Part shown: piece after piece, positions 51,789 to 61,580 of the stretch
How positions within the stretch are numbered: position 1 is the first letter of the stretch
How the letters are laid out: each line of letters opens with the position of its first letter
Notes under the pieces: generated by a model
Database searches by the model: none
Told to the model about the DNA's origin: nothing
The model's input: only the letters and a program-made list of their open reading frames with translations
Position numbers and translations under genes: made by a program
NCBI GenBank assembly: GCA_963733675.1
Contig: CAVTET010000001.1
Coordinates: forward strand, 128,001 to 192,000
Reading direction: 5' to 3'
Source: an uncultured Methanosarcinaceae archaeon
GTDB lineage: Archaea; Halobacteriota; Methanosarcinia; Methanosarcinales; Methanosarcinaceae
Length of the DNA: 64,000 nucleotides

Positions 51789-53176
51789 ATGGATCTAAGA
51801 ACACAAAAGACTTTTGAGGCGCTTTTTGCCCTTGAAGATATTCGGGAGGTCCTCAGACAATCACTTCCAAATGTCACAAATCCTGAAGAAGAACATTCCA
51901 TTAAGGAAGGTGTAGACAAAGTCAGAAAGATCCTGGATGAGATAGAGAACGGTACTGGAACTCCACAAGTTAGGAAGATAGCAGATACTATTGATATCCG
52001 ATCCAGAGAAGAAACATGCATCAACATACAGCCAATTCAAGCGGCTGGGAGGCTTACTCCTGAAGCACGAAAAGCGCTTATAGCGTATGGAGATGGCTAT
52101 TCCACCTGTGATGCCTGCCGCAAACCTTTCAGGCTGGACAAAATTAGAACTCCGCCTATCGCACCGTTTCATGAACAACTTGCTAGCTTCCTTAATATGG
52201 ATGTTGCACGCGTAGTGCCAGGTGCAAGGCGTGGTTTCCAGGTAGTGACTTCCACTCTTATCAATAAAGGTGATTCAGTGATAGTCTCATCTCTGGCTCA
52301 CTATACTGAGTTTCTCGCTGTAGAAGAGGCAGAAGGAACAGTAAGAGAAGTACCTGTGAACGAGTACAATGTTGTGACTGCAGATGCAACTGCTGAGAAG
52401 ATTGAGGCGGTAAAGCAGGAAACAGGCAAACTGCCTGTACTGATAATGATTGATCACTTTGATTATCAGTATGCCAATGAACATGATGTAAAAGGCATAG
52501 CAAAAGTTGCACATCAGTATGATATTCCTTTCCTATATAACGGCGCATACACTGTTGGCGTCATGTCAGTGAATGGAAAGAAAATTGGCGCGGATTTTGT
52601 CGTAGGCTCAGGCCACAAAAGCATGGCATCACCTGCACCGTCAGGAGTGCTGGCAACAACCGATGAATGGGCTCCCAAGATATTCCGAACTACGCAGATG
52701 GTTGGTGATGTCACAAACGTAAGTTTGGCATCAAAGAAGTCGAGATGCTTGGATGCACACTAATGGGTTCGACATTGATAGGTATGATGGCTTCTTTCCC
52801 TACTGTCAAGAGTAGAGTACAGAATTGGGAAGAAGAAGTAAAGAAGTCAAACTATCTGATTGATGGTCTACTTGCTGTAGAAGGTGGTAAGGTTCTCTCA
52901 GAATACCCACGCAAACATACCCTGTCAAAAATTGACACAAGTAGAAACTTTGATATCATTGCACAGGGTCATAAACGCAAAGGGTTCTTCCTTTCAGACG
53001 AGCTTTCAAGCAAGGGCATTGTTGGAGAATTTGCAGGAGCTACGCGGGTTTGGAAATTAAACACATACGGGCTTTCCTGGGAGACAGTCCGCTATGTAGT
53101 AGATACATTCCAAGGAATTACTGAGAAATACAAACTTCAAGTAAACAGGGAGAATGATTCCAATGGTAGTAAATAA
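51789..53176 (+). pseudogene. pscS: O-phosphoseryl-tRNA:Cys-tRNA synthase with N-terminal extension; single frameshift near 52715
   Basis: PIQAAGRLT.EA.KAL..YGDGYSTCDAC, GARRGF, AHYT, NGAYTVG and PLP-lysine motif GSGHKS. RKFGIKEVEMLGCT resumes in another frame. Confidence 0.9.
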
Positions 53177-54458
53177 CTATAAACTAGGAACTCTTGCCCT
53201 TCATGCTGGACAGATTCCAGATCCAGCTACAGGAGCACGAGCAGTACCGATATATCAAACTACGTCTTATGTCTTCCGAGACACTGATCATGCAGCTAAT
53301 CTTTTTGCCCTCAACGAGCTTGGTAATATCTACACCCGTATAATGAACCCAACTACTGACGTTTTCGAACAGCGTATAGCTGCTATTGAAGGTGGCACAG
53401 GAGCACTTGGAGTTGCGTCCGGTTCAGCTGCAATAACCTATGCTCTGTTAGCGATTACTAGGCTTGGGGATGAAATTGTCTCTGGGAACAACCTCTACGG
53501 CGGAATCTATGAACTTTTTAATTACACTTTCCCTAAGTTAGGAAGAAAAATTATATTTGTTGATTCAACTAATCTGGAAGCTTATCAACATGCTATTACT
53601 GAAAAAACGCGGGCGATTTATATTGAATCAATAGGTAATCCAAAATTGGATATTCCGGATTTTCAGGCGCTTGCAAATATTGCCCATAGAGCTGAAATCC
53701 CACTTGTTGTAGATAACACGAGTGCTGTCGGGCTTGTTAGGCCTATTGATCATGGAGCAGATATCATTGTGCATTCAGCAACCAAATTTATCGGTGGGCA
53801 TGGGAATTCAATCGGTGGTTCTATAGTCGATTCCGGAAAATTCTCCTGGAACAATGGCAAGTTCCCAGAATTGACAGATCCTGATCCCAGCTATCATGGT
53901 TTGAAATACTGGGATACGTTTTCAGAATTTCCGGGTCTTGGTAATGTAGCATTTATCTTTAAAGTAAGGCTGCAACTTCTTAGGGATACAGGTGCTGCTC
54001 TTTCACCTTTTAATGCTTTTCTATTGCTTCAGGGACTTGAAACACTGCATCTGAGGATACAGCGGCACTCTAAAAACGCCCTCAAGGTAGCAAAATATCT
54101 TTCAAGTCATCCAAAAGTCTCATGGATTAATTATCCAGGTTTACCTGATCATCCAAGTCATGAGCGTGCATCTAGATACCTAATAGGTGGTTATGGTGCA
54201 TTGATAGGTTTTGGGGTGAAGGGCGGTATAGAAGCAGGTAAAACCTTTATAAACAATCTAAAGCTGTTTTCACATGTTGCCAACATAGGAGATTCCAAAA
54301 GTCTTGTCATTCATCCTTCAACTACCACACACCAGCAGCTAACCTCAACTGAGCAGGAGGCAACAGGCGTTACGCCAGATTACATACGCCTTTCCATTGG
54401 TATTGAGGATGTCGAAGATATAATCTCAGATCTGGAACAAGCTCTTGAAAAAGTGTAA
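53163..54458 (+). CDS. O-acetylhomoserine/O-acetylserine sulfhydrylase (MetY type)
   Basis: [38 protein letters not shown] and IRLSIGIE motifs. Confidence 0.96.
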   Translation: MVVNNYKLGTLALHAGQIPDPATGARAVPIYQTTSYVFRDTDHAANLFALNELGNIYTRIMNPTTDVFEQRIAAIEGGTGALGVASGSAAITYALLAITRLGDEIVSGNNLYGGIYELFNYTFPKLGRKIIFVDSTNLEAYQHAITEKTRAIYIESIGNPKLDIPDFQALANIAHRAEIPLVVDNTSAVGLVRPIDHGADIIVHSATKFIGGHGNSIGGSIVDSGKFSWNNGKFPELTDPDPSYHGLKYWDTFSEFPGLGNVAFIFKVRLQLLRDTGAALSPFNAFLLLQGLETLHLRIQRHSKNALKVAKYLSSHPKVSWINYPGLPDHPSHERASRYLIGGYGALIGFGVKGGIEAGKTFINNLKLFSHVANIGDSKSLVIHPSTTTHQQLTSTEQEATGVTPDYIRLSIGIEDVEDIISDLEQALEKV

Positions 54459-54577
54459 CTATGAGTTCTAGTTAAAATAATATGAGAAGATCATTTTATT
54501 TTAGGTGAGCAATGTTTAGTCACTTTATTTTGATGAGATTTACTTCATCAATCTATTTTTCACAAATTTGGACTCTG

Positions 54578-55822
54578 TTACAGCGGTTCCATCATTTTCG
54601 TTGGTATGAATTTATGATCTTGAATACGATTTTTAAGAACCATACATAGCTTTTCTGCCCTGGCTCTATCTGATTGTCTTAGCGAAATAGGGACAGATCC
54701 TTCAGCCAAATTTATGGATCCCAGTCTTGCACGGAATACCCCTCCAGGACATTGTAGGGTACAAGTACCGCAGTTGATACAGAGATGTCTGTTGATGACA
54801 AAACGATCTGAAATTGCTTCTGTAGGACACGTGTGCATTGCAGGACAATCGGGATGGTTCAGACACCTGTCCTTGTCGACCCGGATAACTTTATCTGTGC
54901 CTTCCCAGATATGTCCGTAGTTTACTTTTGTGTGAGCAGTACGCCCGTTTATGTCTGATACAGGCAATGGAACATCACGGTCAGTAATTTTTAATCCCAA
55001 TAGAATCTCTTCATCCAAAACAGGTATTGGAACTGCAAGTGAGGTTAGACATTCAGGACCATGTGAAGTTTTCATTCCGCCCATCATGTCAGGGTCCATG
55101 CCCTTCATATCTGCAAAAGCCGAGACATTCGGTTTATCTGGGCTGGATCTGGTTCCTTTTCCCATAATATATCCCGGAGCTCCATTTAAGAGGACTCTTG
55201 TACCTATACCTATTATCCTATGGGATGGATCGTTCTGTAAAGGGTTTATTTCACCACATCCAGAGACGGACGTTTCTGTGAAAGGACCTGTTAGACCTGT
55301 CACAGAGAATATAGTGCTTATCGTAGTTGCAGTGGGATTTATCAGTGCATGATAATTTTTAAATGCAAGTCTAGTGGTAATTATTCTGGCAAAGTCAATA
55401 TCATCAAGTGTAACCCTATTTTCATAAGTTCTGCCGTGTGCTTCAACAAAAATGTCGATCTCTTTTCCTTTTACAAGATCTCTAAAAAGATGTCCTCCGC
55501 CATATCGGTCATCTGCATGCGATGTCCCGTGAATGACAAGGTCCACAACTCCAAGACGTTCGTTTGGACAGGGGCCAGGCTGAGCAGGCACACCATTTAG
55601 CCAAATGGAATCCGCTTTTTCAAAACTACATTTTTCCGCAACAGGTACCATCATAACTGCCATAGTACCGGACATCACGCCAAATGTTCCTGTCGTAACT
55701 ACATCCACATCTCTAGCAGTTATCTTTTGACCATCACGTACAATGGATTTGAGCTCTGCAGCTGTTAGAATAATTGCTTCTTTGCGGGCAATTTTCTCAT
55801 TTATTTCGTCAATAGTCTTCAT
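54578..55822 (-). CDS. Methanogenesis marker 16 metalloprotein (DUF39/MA1821-like homocysteine synthase family) with C-terminal ferredoxin
   Basis: VDVVTTGTFGVMSGT, PCPNERLG, YGGGHL, SGCGEINPLQND and CINCGTC..CP motifs. Confidence 0.9.
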   Translation of the reverse strand: MKTIDEINEKIARKEAIILTAAELKSIVRDGQKITARDVDVVTTGTFGVMSGTMAVMMVPVAEKCSFEKADSIWLNGVPAQPGPCPNERLGVVDLVIHGTSHADDRYGGGHLFRDLVKGKEIDIFVEAHGRTYENRVTLDDIDFARIITTRLAFKNYHALINPTATTISTIFSVTGLTGPFTETSVSGCGEINPLQNDPSHRIIGIGTRVLLNGAPGYIMGKGTRSSPDKPNVSAFADMKGMDPDMMGGMKTSHGPECLTSLAVPIPVLDEEILLGLKITDRDVPLPVSDINGRTAHTKVNYGHIWEGTDKVIRVDKDRCLNHPDCPAMHTCPTEAISDRFVINRHLCINCGTCTLQCPGGVFRARLGSINLAEGSVPISLRQSDRARAEKLCMVLKNRIQDHKFIPTKMMEPL

Positions 55823-55846
55823 AGTATCCCGATCTATTCAATATTC

Positions 55847-56504
55847 TCATAATATCCTTAAATCTTCAAGCCGGACGTGAGTTCCAAAGGGTTTCTGAAA
55901 TATAGTGTTCACAAGAGCAGTATGTGCCAGATCAATCATACAGTTGCCAGGCAGAAAATATTGGCGAGTTCCAAGGACGGGAGGATTTGTTATGATACTT
56001 GCAACTCCTTCGAAAGCATGGATGTGGTATGCTTGGACATCATGGCAGTCTTCTTTTCTTGCGGCCATTGGACCTACAGTATGACACTCAAGTATACCTG
56101 TTACAGGGTTTGCGCTCAAAACCCTTAAAGCATGATAAAGAGGGCAGCCTGGTCCTGCTGGACGACCAATTACTAGGTTCCTTTTTAATCCCCCACAATT
56201 CGACAAGTTCTGCCCTAAAAGGTACTATAAATTTGCGTGCCGATGGTTCACCGGGGAAAGGAAGAAGGACAAAGTCATATTCTTTCCCAGCCACATATAT
56301 GCCGGAATAAGTGGCATTTCTTACTCGAATCGCGGGATTTTCCTGGATCCCGATATTATCCTGGTCCATTATATTCTCTTTGCTGTAGAATGGGCATAGT
56401 TCTAGCTCTGCTGACCTTTTTCCAAGACGTTCAATAAAATCAAAACATGTATGTGAGCTACAAGCCCCACAATTTTCCCCTGGTGGACTCCATTTATTAA
56501 CCAT
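55847..56504 (-). pseudogene. Fe-S-binding protein, frameshifted near 56180
   Basis: PG.NCGAC...C...CPF and PGEPSARK in one frame; GRPAGPGCP..H and LPG.CM...HT in another. Confidence 0.85.
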
Positions 56505-57212
56505 CAGTCACCTCAGTATATAGGATCTGGCATATCCAGTGACCTGATGACTCCAAAGTGATTTTTCCATCCGATCTCTTTTACCTATAAATCTCGTGCA
56601 TACGCCGAGTGGGGGTGAACCTCTGAGCACTATAGGTTCTGACCCCATATCCGGCTGGTTGGTAATCCGTCTCATCAGATATCTTAACCCGGTTCCCTAA
56701 ATTGCATTTGTCTCTACAATGTCAATATCAATATCTGGGACAACTTTTTTGATACCTCCCCTGAATACTTCTTTTTCCGCTTGTGACACAAGGTCGGTTT
56801 TGGTAACAACTGCGACATCTGCAAGAGCAAGCAAAGGTGCCATTTTGAGTGGTGAATTTGTTCCTGATATCGCGCTGATAACTGCAATTCCAAGAGATTG
56901 CGTTGTATAAGGGGTACACCTTAGACAGAGTCCTGCACTTTCGATTATCAGAAGATTTCTGGATAGGCTTTTGGCCCAGTTTAATGCGTCATCAAGTACC
57001 AGAATTCCCATGTGATCAGGACAAACATCTCCGGAATATACCTTTTTAACAGGAATATAAAATTCTTCTGCAAGTTCCTGATCTTCAGTTGCATGTACAA
57101 CATCAATTTTCAGAAAGGAGGGAAGTGTATCTTCAGGAAGATTTTTTATAATCTGGCGAATCACAGCAGTTTTTTCCCCACTTGGAGGACCTGCAATTAT
57201 GAGAAGCTTCAT
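56504..57212 (-). pseudogene. CobW/HypB/UreG-type GTPase with internal TAG (56697), a frameshift and a further stop
   Basis: GPPSGEKT (altered P-loop), CPDH, ESAGLCLRC and TKTD. Homologous sequence continues past the TAG: GTGLRYL..LRGSPPLGVCT..EIGWKNHFGVIR. Confidence 0.85.
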
Positions 57213-58036
57213 TTAGAAGCCATACTCTGTACAACTGCAATCGTCAAAGCTTCCGAAGGACCAGAAGAGAAAACAGTTCCCAGCCTTATTTTCTCTCTTA
57301 TTTGATTGAGTTTTGTTTCAATTAATGTAAGATCTTCTATAATATCTTGCTCCTGTCCGATAGGTTCTATCACAGAGTGAACTCCTCCATTTCTCATCAC
57401 TATGCGCCTATCTGCTGTAAGAGCGAGATATGGATCGTGTGTTACAAGAACTACAGCCTTATTTCCTCCCTGAATAGCCTGCATAACACGGTTTTTGAAG
57501 ATGCCTGCATTTTCGATCTCATCGAGAAGAAGTATTGGAGTATCACCGATTATAAGTGCATCTGCGATCATAAGAGACCTAGTTTGGCCTCCGGATAAAC
57601 CGCTCATTCGACTCTTAAGACTGATTACTTCGCCCGTGAATGTATTTGCAAGATTTATTGTCTCACCAAGCAAATCTTCCTTACCAGGTCTCCGCGCTCT
57701 TATATGCATTAATAGGAATGCTTCGACTGTGAGGTCTGCCAAACAACGTGTGTTTTGGGTTATCATGGCAATCGGTTTGAAAGCAGGCTCCCGTATAAAG
57801 GACTCTGGAGGCACTTCCCCATTGATAAAAATCAATCTGCCCGTTACTGTATCTCCCTGTGCAAGGGTTTCAATATCATTAATAAAGGCTGATTTTCCTG
57901 AGCCTGTAGGACCCACTATTGATAGGGTATCCCCTGGTCTTATCTCTATACTGTCAAATCCTTCCTGCTCTCTAAACCTGTTTTTTCCAGATTGAATTGT
58001 AAGAGTGAATTGCTGTGTCCCAAATTGTTGTGTCAT
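57209..58036 (-). CDS. Stand-alone ABC-type ATPase
   Basis: GPTGSGKS, LSGGQ, LLLDE and VTHD motifs; no adjacent permease. Confidence 0.92.
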   Translation of the reverse strand: MTQQFGTQQFTLTIQSGKNRFREQEGFDSIEIRPGDTLSIVGPTGSGKSAFINDIETLAQGDTVTGRLIFINGEVPPESFIREPAFKPIAMITQNTRCLADLTVEAFLLMHIRARRPGKEDLLGETINLANTFTGEVISLKSRMSGLSGGQTRSLMIADALIIGDTPILLLDEIENAGIFKNRVMQAIQGGNKAVVLVTHDPYLALTADRRIVMRNGGVHSVIEPIGQEQDIIEDLTLIETKLNQIREKIRLGTVFSSGPSEALTIAVVQSMASK

Positions 58037-58338
58037 GTACTCAATTATCTATATCTGGATTTTATAAAGATTTCCTCAAATACTCAAAAATTAACCCTTA
58101 AAGGATATGATATCAAAAAAATTATCCTTTTTTTATTAAAATTTAATGGAAAATGGGAAAACGACAAATTAAAAATTGTCATTTTCTTCAATAATTGCCT
58201 GAAAGATTATCATTGCAACCGTAGATTCCGAAAAAAGGTTAACTGTTTAAAGACCAATCTGAGATTAATCACATGGAATCGAATGAATCAAATATCCCTA
58301 TGGGGCGTCAGGTCGCAGCCAGTGCAGAGCAAGCACAT

Positions 58339-59193
58339 GGTTCCGTTGCAAAAACTTCAACAAAATATGTAAATCTATAAGTGATTAATAAAAATCAAAA
58401 CATTCAAGGAAAATGTACTAACATTATAAAACTATACCAAATAATTGATTAATGTATTTGACTTCATTAAGAACAGAGTAATTTAAATCGATTACTTGTC
58501 CTTTTTTGATCATATTTATAGCTTCAATTCCTTTTAAAGTCTTATTAGCAGATCGAAAAGACTGAAATCCTAACATTGGATTAACGATTCTCTTTATAGA
58601 TCTGTGATCTTGTTCTATAATGTTATTCAAATACTTGATTTGTCGAATGCCTACGTTTTTAGGTAGTATTTTATCAATTTTTAGTTTATCTATAGCAGGT
58701 GGATAAGCTGAATTCTTATCAACGGTTATTAATCTTGGAATTTGATTATGATTAGAACTTAAAGCTTTCTTAAAGAATCTCTTTGCTGCTTTTCTATCTC
58801 GTTTTGAACTTAACATGAAATCAATTGTATCTCCATTTGAGTCAACTGCTCGGTAAAAATATTTCCATTTACCTTTTACTTTGATATAGGTTTCGTCAAC
58901 TCTCCATGAATAGTTTGTTAGTCTTAAATGTCTTCTTATCTTCTTTTCGATTTCAGGAGAATATTGATGTACCCATCTCATTATAGTACTGTGATCAACT
59001 TGAATTCCCCTTTCTATCATCATTTCCTTTAAATTTCTATAACTTAATGCATATTTTAAGTACCATCTTACATTCAATAAGATAATTTCCCCTTCATAAT
59101 GCTTCCATTTAAAGGAATTAGATAGCATGTTACTATCTTTGGTTTTCTTTTTATTCTATTGTATCATTAGAAAGGATTTTTTGCAACGGAACC
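58339..59193 (-). mobile_element. IS6-family insertion sequence (855 bp)
   Basis: Perfect terminal inverted repeats GGTTCCGTTGCAAAAA / TTTTTGCAACGGAACC. Confidence 0.95.
58424..59128 (-). CDS. IS6-family transposase (intact ORF)
   Basis: FKWKHY..EII, WRVDETYIKVKG, VDK..AY and YLNNIIEQDHR motifs. Confidence 0.97.
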   Translation of the reverse strand: MLSNSFKWKHYEGEIILLNVRWYLKYALSYRNLKEMMIERGIQVDHSTIMRWVHQYSPEIEKKIRRHLRLTNYSWRVDETYIKVKGKWKYFYRAVDSNGDTIDFMLSSKRDRKAAKRFFKKALSSNHNQIPRLITVDKNSAYPPAIDKLKIDKILPKNVGIRQIKYLNNIIEQDHRSIKRIVNPMLGFQSFRSANKTLKGIEAINMIKKGQVIDLNYSVLNEVKYINQLFGIVL

Positions 59194-59314
59194 ATCTAAG
59201 CTAATTAAAATCTTAGGTCTCTTATTTGATCTTTATGCAAGCTAGGATATTAAGAGTTCAAATATAGTTTACCTAAACTTAAATATCTTAACTGTAATCT
59301 CCTCAAGGATTGGC

Positions 59315-60334
59315 GTGATTTCAAAAAAATTAATCGATCTTGGAGTGCTGGTGCTCAGGCAACATAACTCTCGTGGAAATTTCAAACCTCATATTTCAGT
59401 TAGGTTCAGGGATAATGAGGGGGATTTACGCATGTTTTCCATAGACACTACCAGGACTACAGGGAAACATTCATGTCCTGATGCTTATCTGATTACACAT
59501 GCTCATTCAGATCATCATGGAAAATCAGCTATGATATCCTCCAATTCGGTTTGTTCGGAAAAAACAGCGATCGCCCTTGAAATCAGGTACGATAGAAGAT
59601 ATGCTGGCAGTATTTTCAGGCTTGGAGATGAAATTGATTTAGGAAGGGTAAGGGTCAAGACTTTTCCTACTGAGCATACCGCCGGAGCGACCGCTTTTTA
59701 CTGGGAAAACGACGTAGGATCAAGGATTCTGGTTACTGGAGATATCAAAGATGCAAGTGACCTCCCTCCTTGTGATGTGCTTATCACTGAGGCTAACTAT
59801 GGGGACCCAGAAGATCCCAGCTGTCATTTTGAAGATGACTTTGAAGGCATGCAGTCTGCTCTTTTTGAACACGGATCAGTTGCTTTTGGAGCATATGAAT
59901 TTGGGAAAGCCCAGCGGGCAGTCAAACTCATCAGAGAATTTGGATATGAGGGAGCTATCCATATGGATGCAAGGACAAGAGCCCTTACAAAGAGCATGCT
60001 TGAAGATGCCGGGGAACTTGAAGGGCTTAGGTCCGGAGGAAATGATGGGGTTTTCATAGTAGCACCCTGGAACCTTAACAAGCTTCCGTTGAATATGAAT
60101 AAGTACGTTCTAAGCTGCCGAATGGATTATCCTTACCCTATTATAAGGATAAGTGATCATCTTGATGCCTGCGGACTTGAAAATATGGTCAAGAAACTTA
60201 ACCCTGAAGTTACTCTTACTTACCATCCAGGAGGTTATAGACCCTCCAAATTTTCAAAACATTTAAATTCAATCGGAATCGATTCGATATCCATAGATCA
60301 GATAGGTAATGTTTTAAGTAATGAATTTATTTAA
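59315..60334 (+). CDS. MBL-fold metallo-hydrolase (beta-CASP-like)
   Basis: THAHSDH, H..GA, TGD, EANYG, GKAQ and SDH motifs. Confidence 0.9.
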   Translation: MISKKLIDLGVLVLRQHNSRGNFKPHISVRFRDNEGDLRMFSIDTTRTTGKHSCPDAYLITHAHSDHHGKSAMISSNSVCSEKTAIALEIRYDRRYAGSIFRLGDEIDLGRVRVKTFPTEHTAGATAFYWENDVGSRILVTGDIKDASDLPPCDVLITEANYGDPEDPSCHFEDDFEGMQSALFEHGSVAFGAYEFGKAQRAVKLIREFGYEGAIHMDARTRALTKSMLEDAGELEGLRSGGNDGVFIVAPWNLNKLPLNMNKYVLSCRMDYPYPIIRISDHLDACGLENMVKKLNPEVTLTYHPGGYRPSKFSKHLNSIGIDSISIDQIGNVLSNEFI

Positions 60335-60646
60335 AGCTGTGAGATTCAATTTTAATAATTAAATATCGATAACTTCGATATAAATATTAAATTCTTATAA
60401 TTTTAATACAGTAATTGGATTCAAAGAATTCAAATATAATAATTTTATTCAAACAACTTAGGTAATAATTTAGTTCCATTGACTTAAATATAATAATTCA
60501 AGTCCAATAAGTTAAATATGATGATAAATTGGAATAATTATAGAATACAAATATAATGAGCAAAATATATAATCCAAATTTGATATTTAAGTATAGTTCT
60601 TGCAAATTAAATCCCAGAATAATTGCCGTTCAGGAGTGTATATCGA

Positions 60647-61060
60647 TTGAGTAAGCAAAGTCCAAAATCAAAACCCATATCTGAACCAGCAAAAACTGCA
60701 GAAATTCTTACAAAAAATTCTGTCGTAAGCGCTGATACCTCAGAAAGGAAGAATCTTATCAAGGAAATTACACCTGAAGAGAAGCAAAAAGCCCATCGAG
60801 AGGGAATCATAAAGACATTAGTAGCTTCAGCACTTGGGATAATCGCAGGACTTATAGCATCCAGCTTGTATGGAACAGGAGAAAATAAGGCCTGGTATGC
60901 TATACTTATGATAGTTATAGGTTTTACATATTTTCTGCAGAAGCTTATCTATTCTCAGCTTAATATCGATACCATTGAATTCAAGTTTAAGGACTGGTTT
61001 TACGTTGAGTTCATAGTCATTGATTTCTTCCTTGTTACCTGGACTCTCCTCCTTAATTAA
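60647..61060 (+). CDS. EMC6-like membrane protein
   Basis: Three hydrophobic segments and KDWFYV.F.....LVTWTLLLN; located upstream of ABCE1. Start codon uncertain. Confidence 0.75.
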   Translation: MSKQSPKSKPISEPAKTAEILTKNSVVSADTSERKNLIKEITPEEKQKAHREGIIKTLVASALGIIAGLIASSLYGTGENKAWYAILMIVIGFTYFLQKLIYSQLNIDTIEFKFKDWFYVEFIVIDFFLVTWTLLLN

Positions 61061-61317
61061 ATTATTTTCCCCCTGAACTGCAAAGAGGTTTTCCTAGTTT
61101 GAAAACCTTTTTACATTATATATTTTCTATCAGCTTTTTACAGTTTAGCTTCCATTCGCGCAGCTTTTACATGATTTATTCATTGAGCTCTTGCATGATT
61201 GGTGCTTCATACTTGTAAAAAGTCCAACAGTTCATATACCAGAGCAAGCATTTCATAACCGATGATCGCCTCATAAGCGTAATCTGCCAATCCGTATTAT
61301 ACCCACTCTATATTGTG

Positions 61318-61405
61318 AAGGATTTCTATAAATCCCTATATTTTGATATATATTAATATTTATATATATACATCATGTGAAAATGATATATCTATCAAAA
61401 TACCC
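61318..61405. repeat. ~90-bp inverted-end element, copy G
   Basis: AAGGATTTCTATAAATCCCTA ... degenerate ATATCTATCAAAATACCC. Confidence 0.5.
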
Positions 61406-61580
61406 TATATTATTTTGCTGTGATAACTGCTCTCTAACATAGCAGAGATTTGCATTGTTAAGCTTGATTATGCCTTAAATCGCAGCGGGCAATTCATTTC
61501 ATTATGTATCTGTTAATAAATAAAAACAGCTCAAAGAAAAGATATACTTCAAACGAAAAAATGTGATTTATGGGGCCATT

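Noticed and set aside
56697-56699. In-frame TAG in the GTPase as a pyrrolysine codon
   Set aside because: It most simply derives from CAG (Gln), and the gene has an additional frameshift, a TGA and a damaged P-loop, so a pseudogene is more parsimonious.
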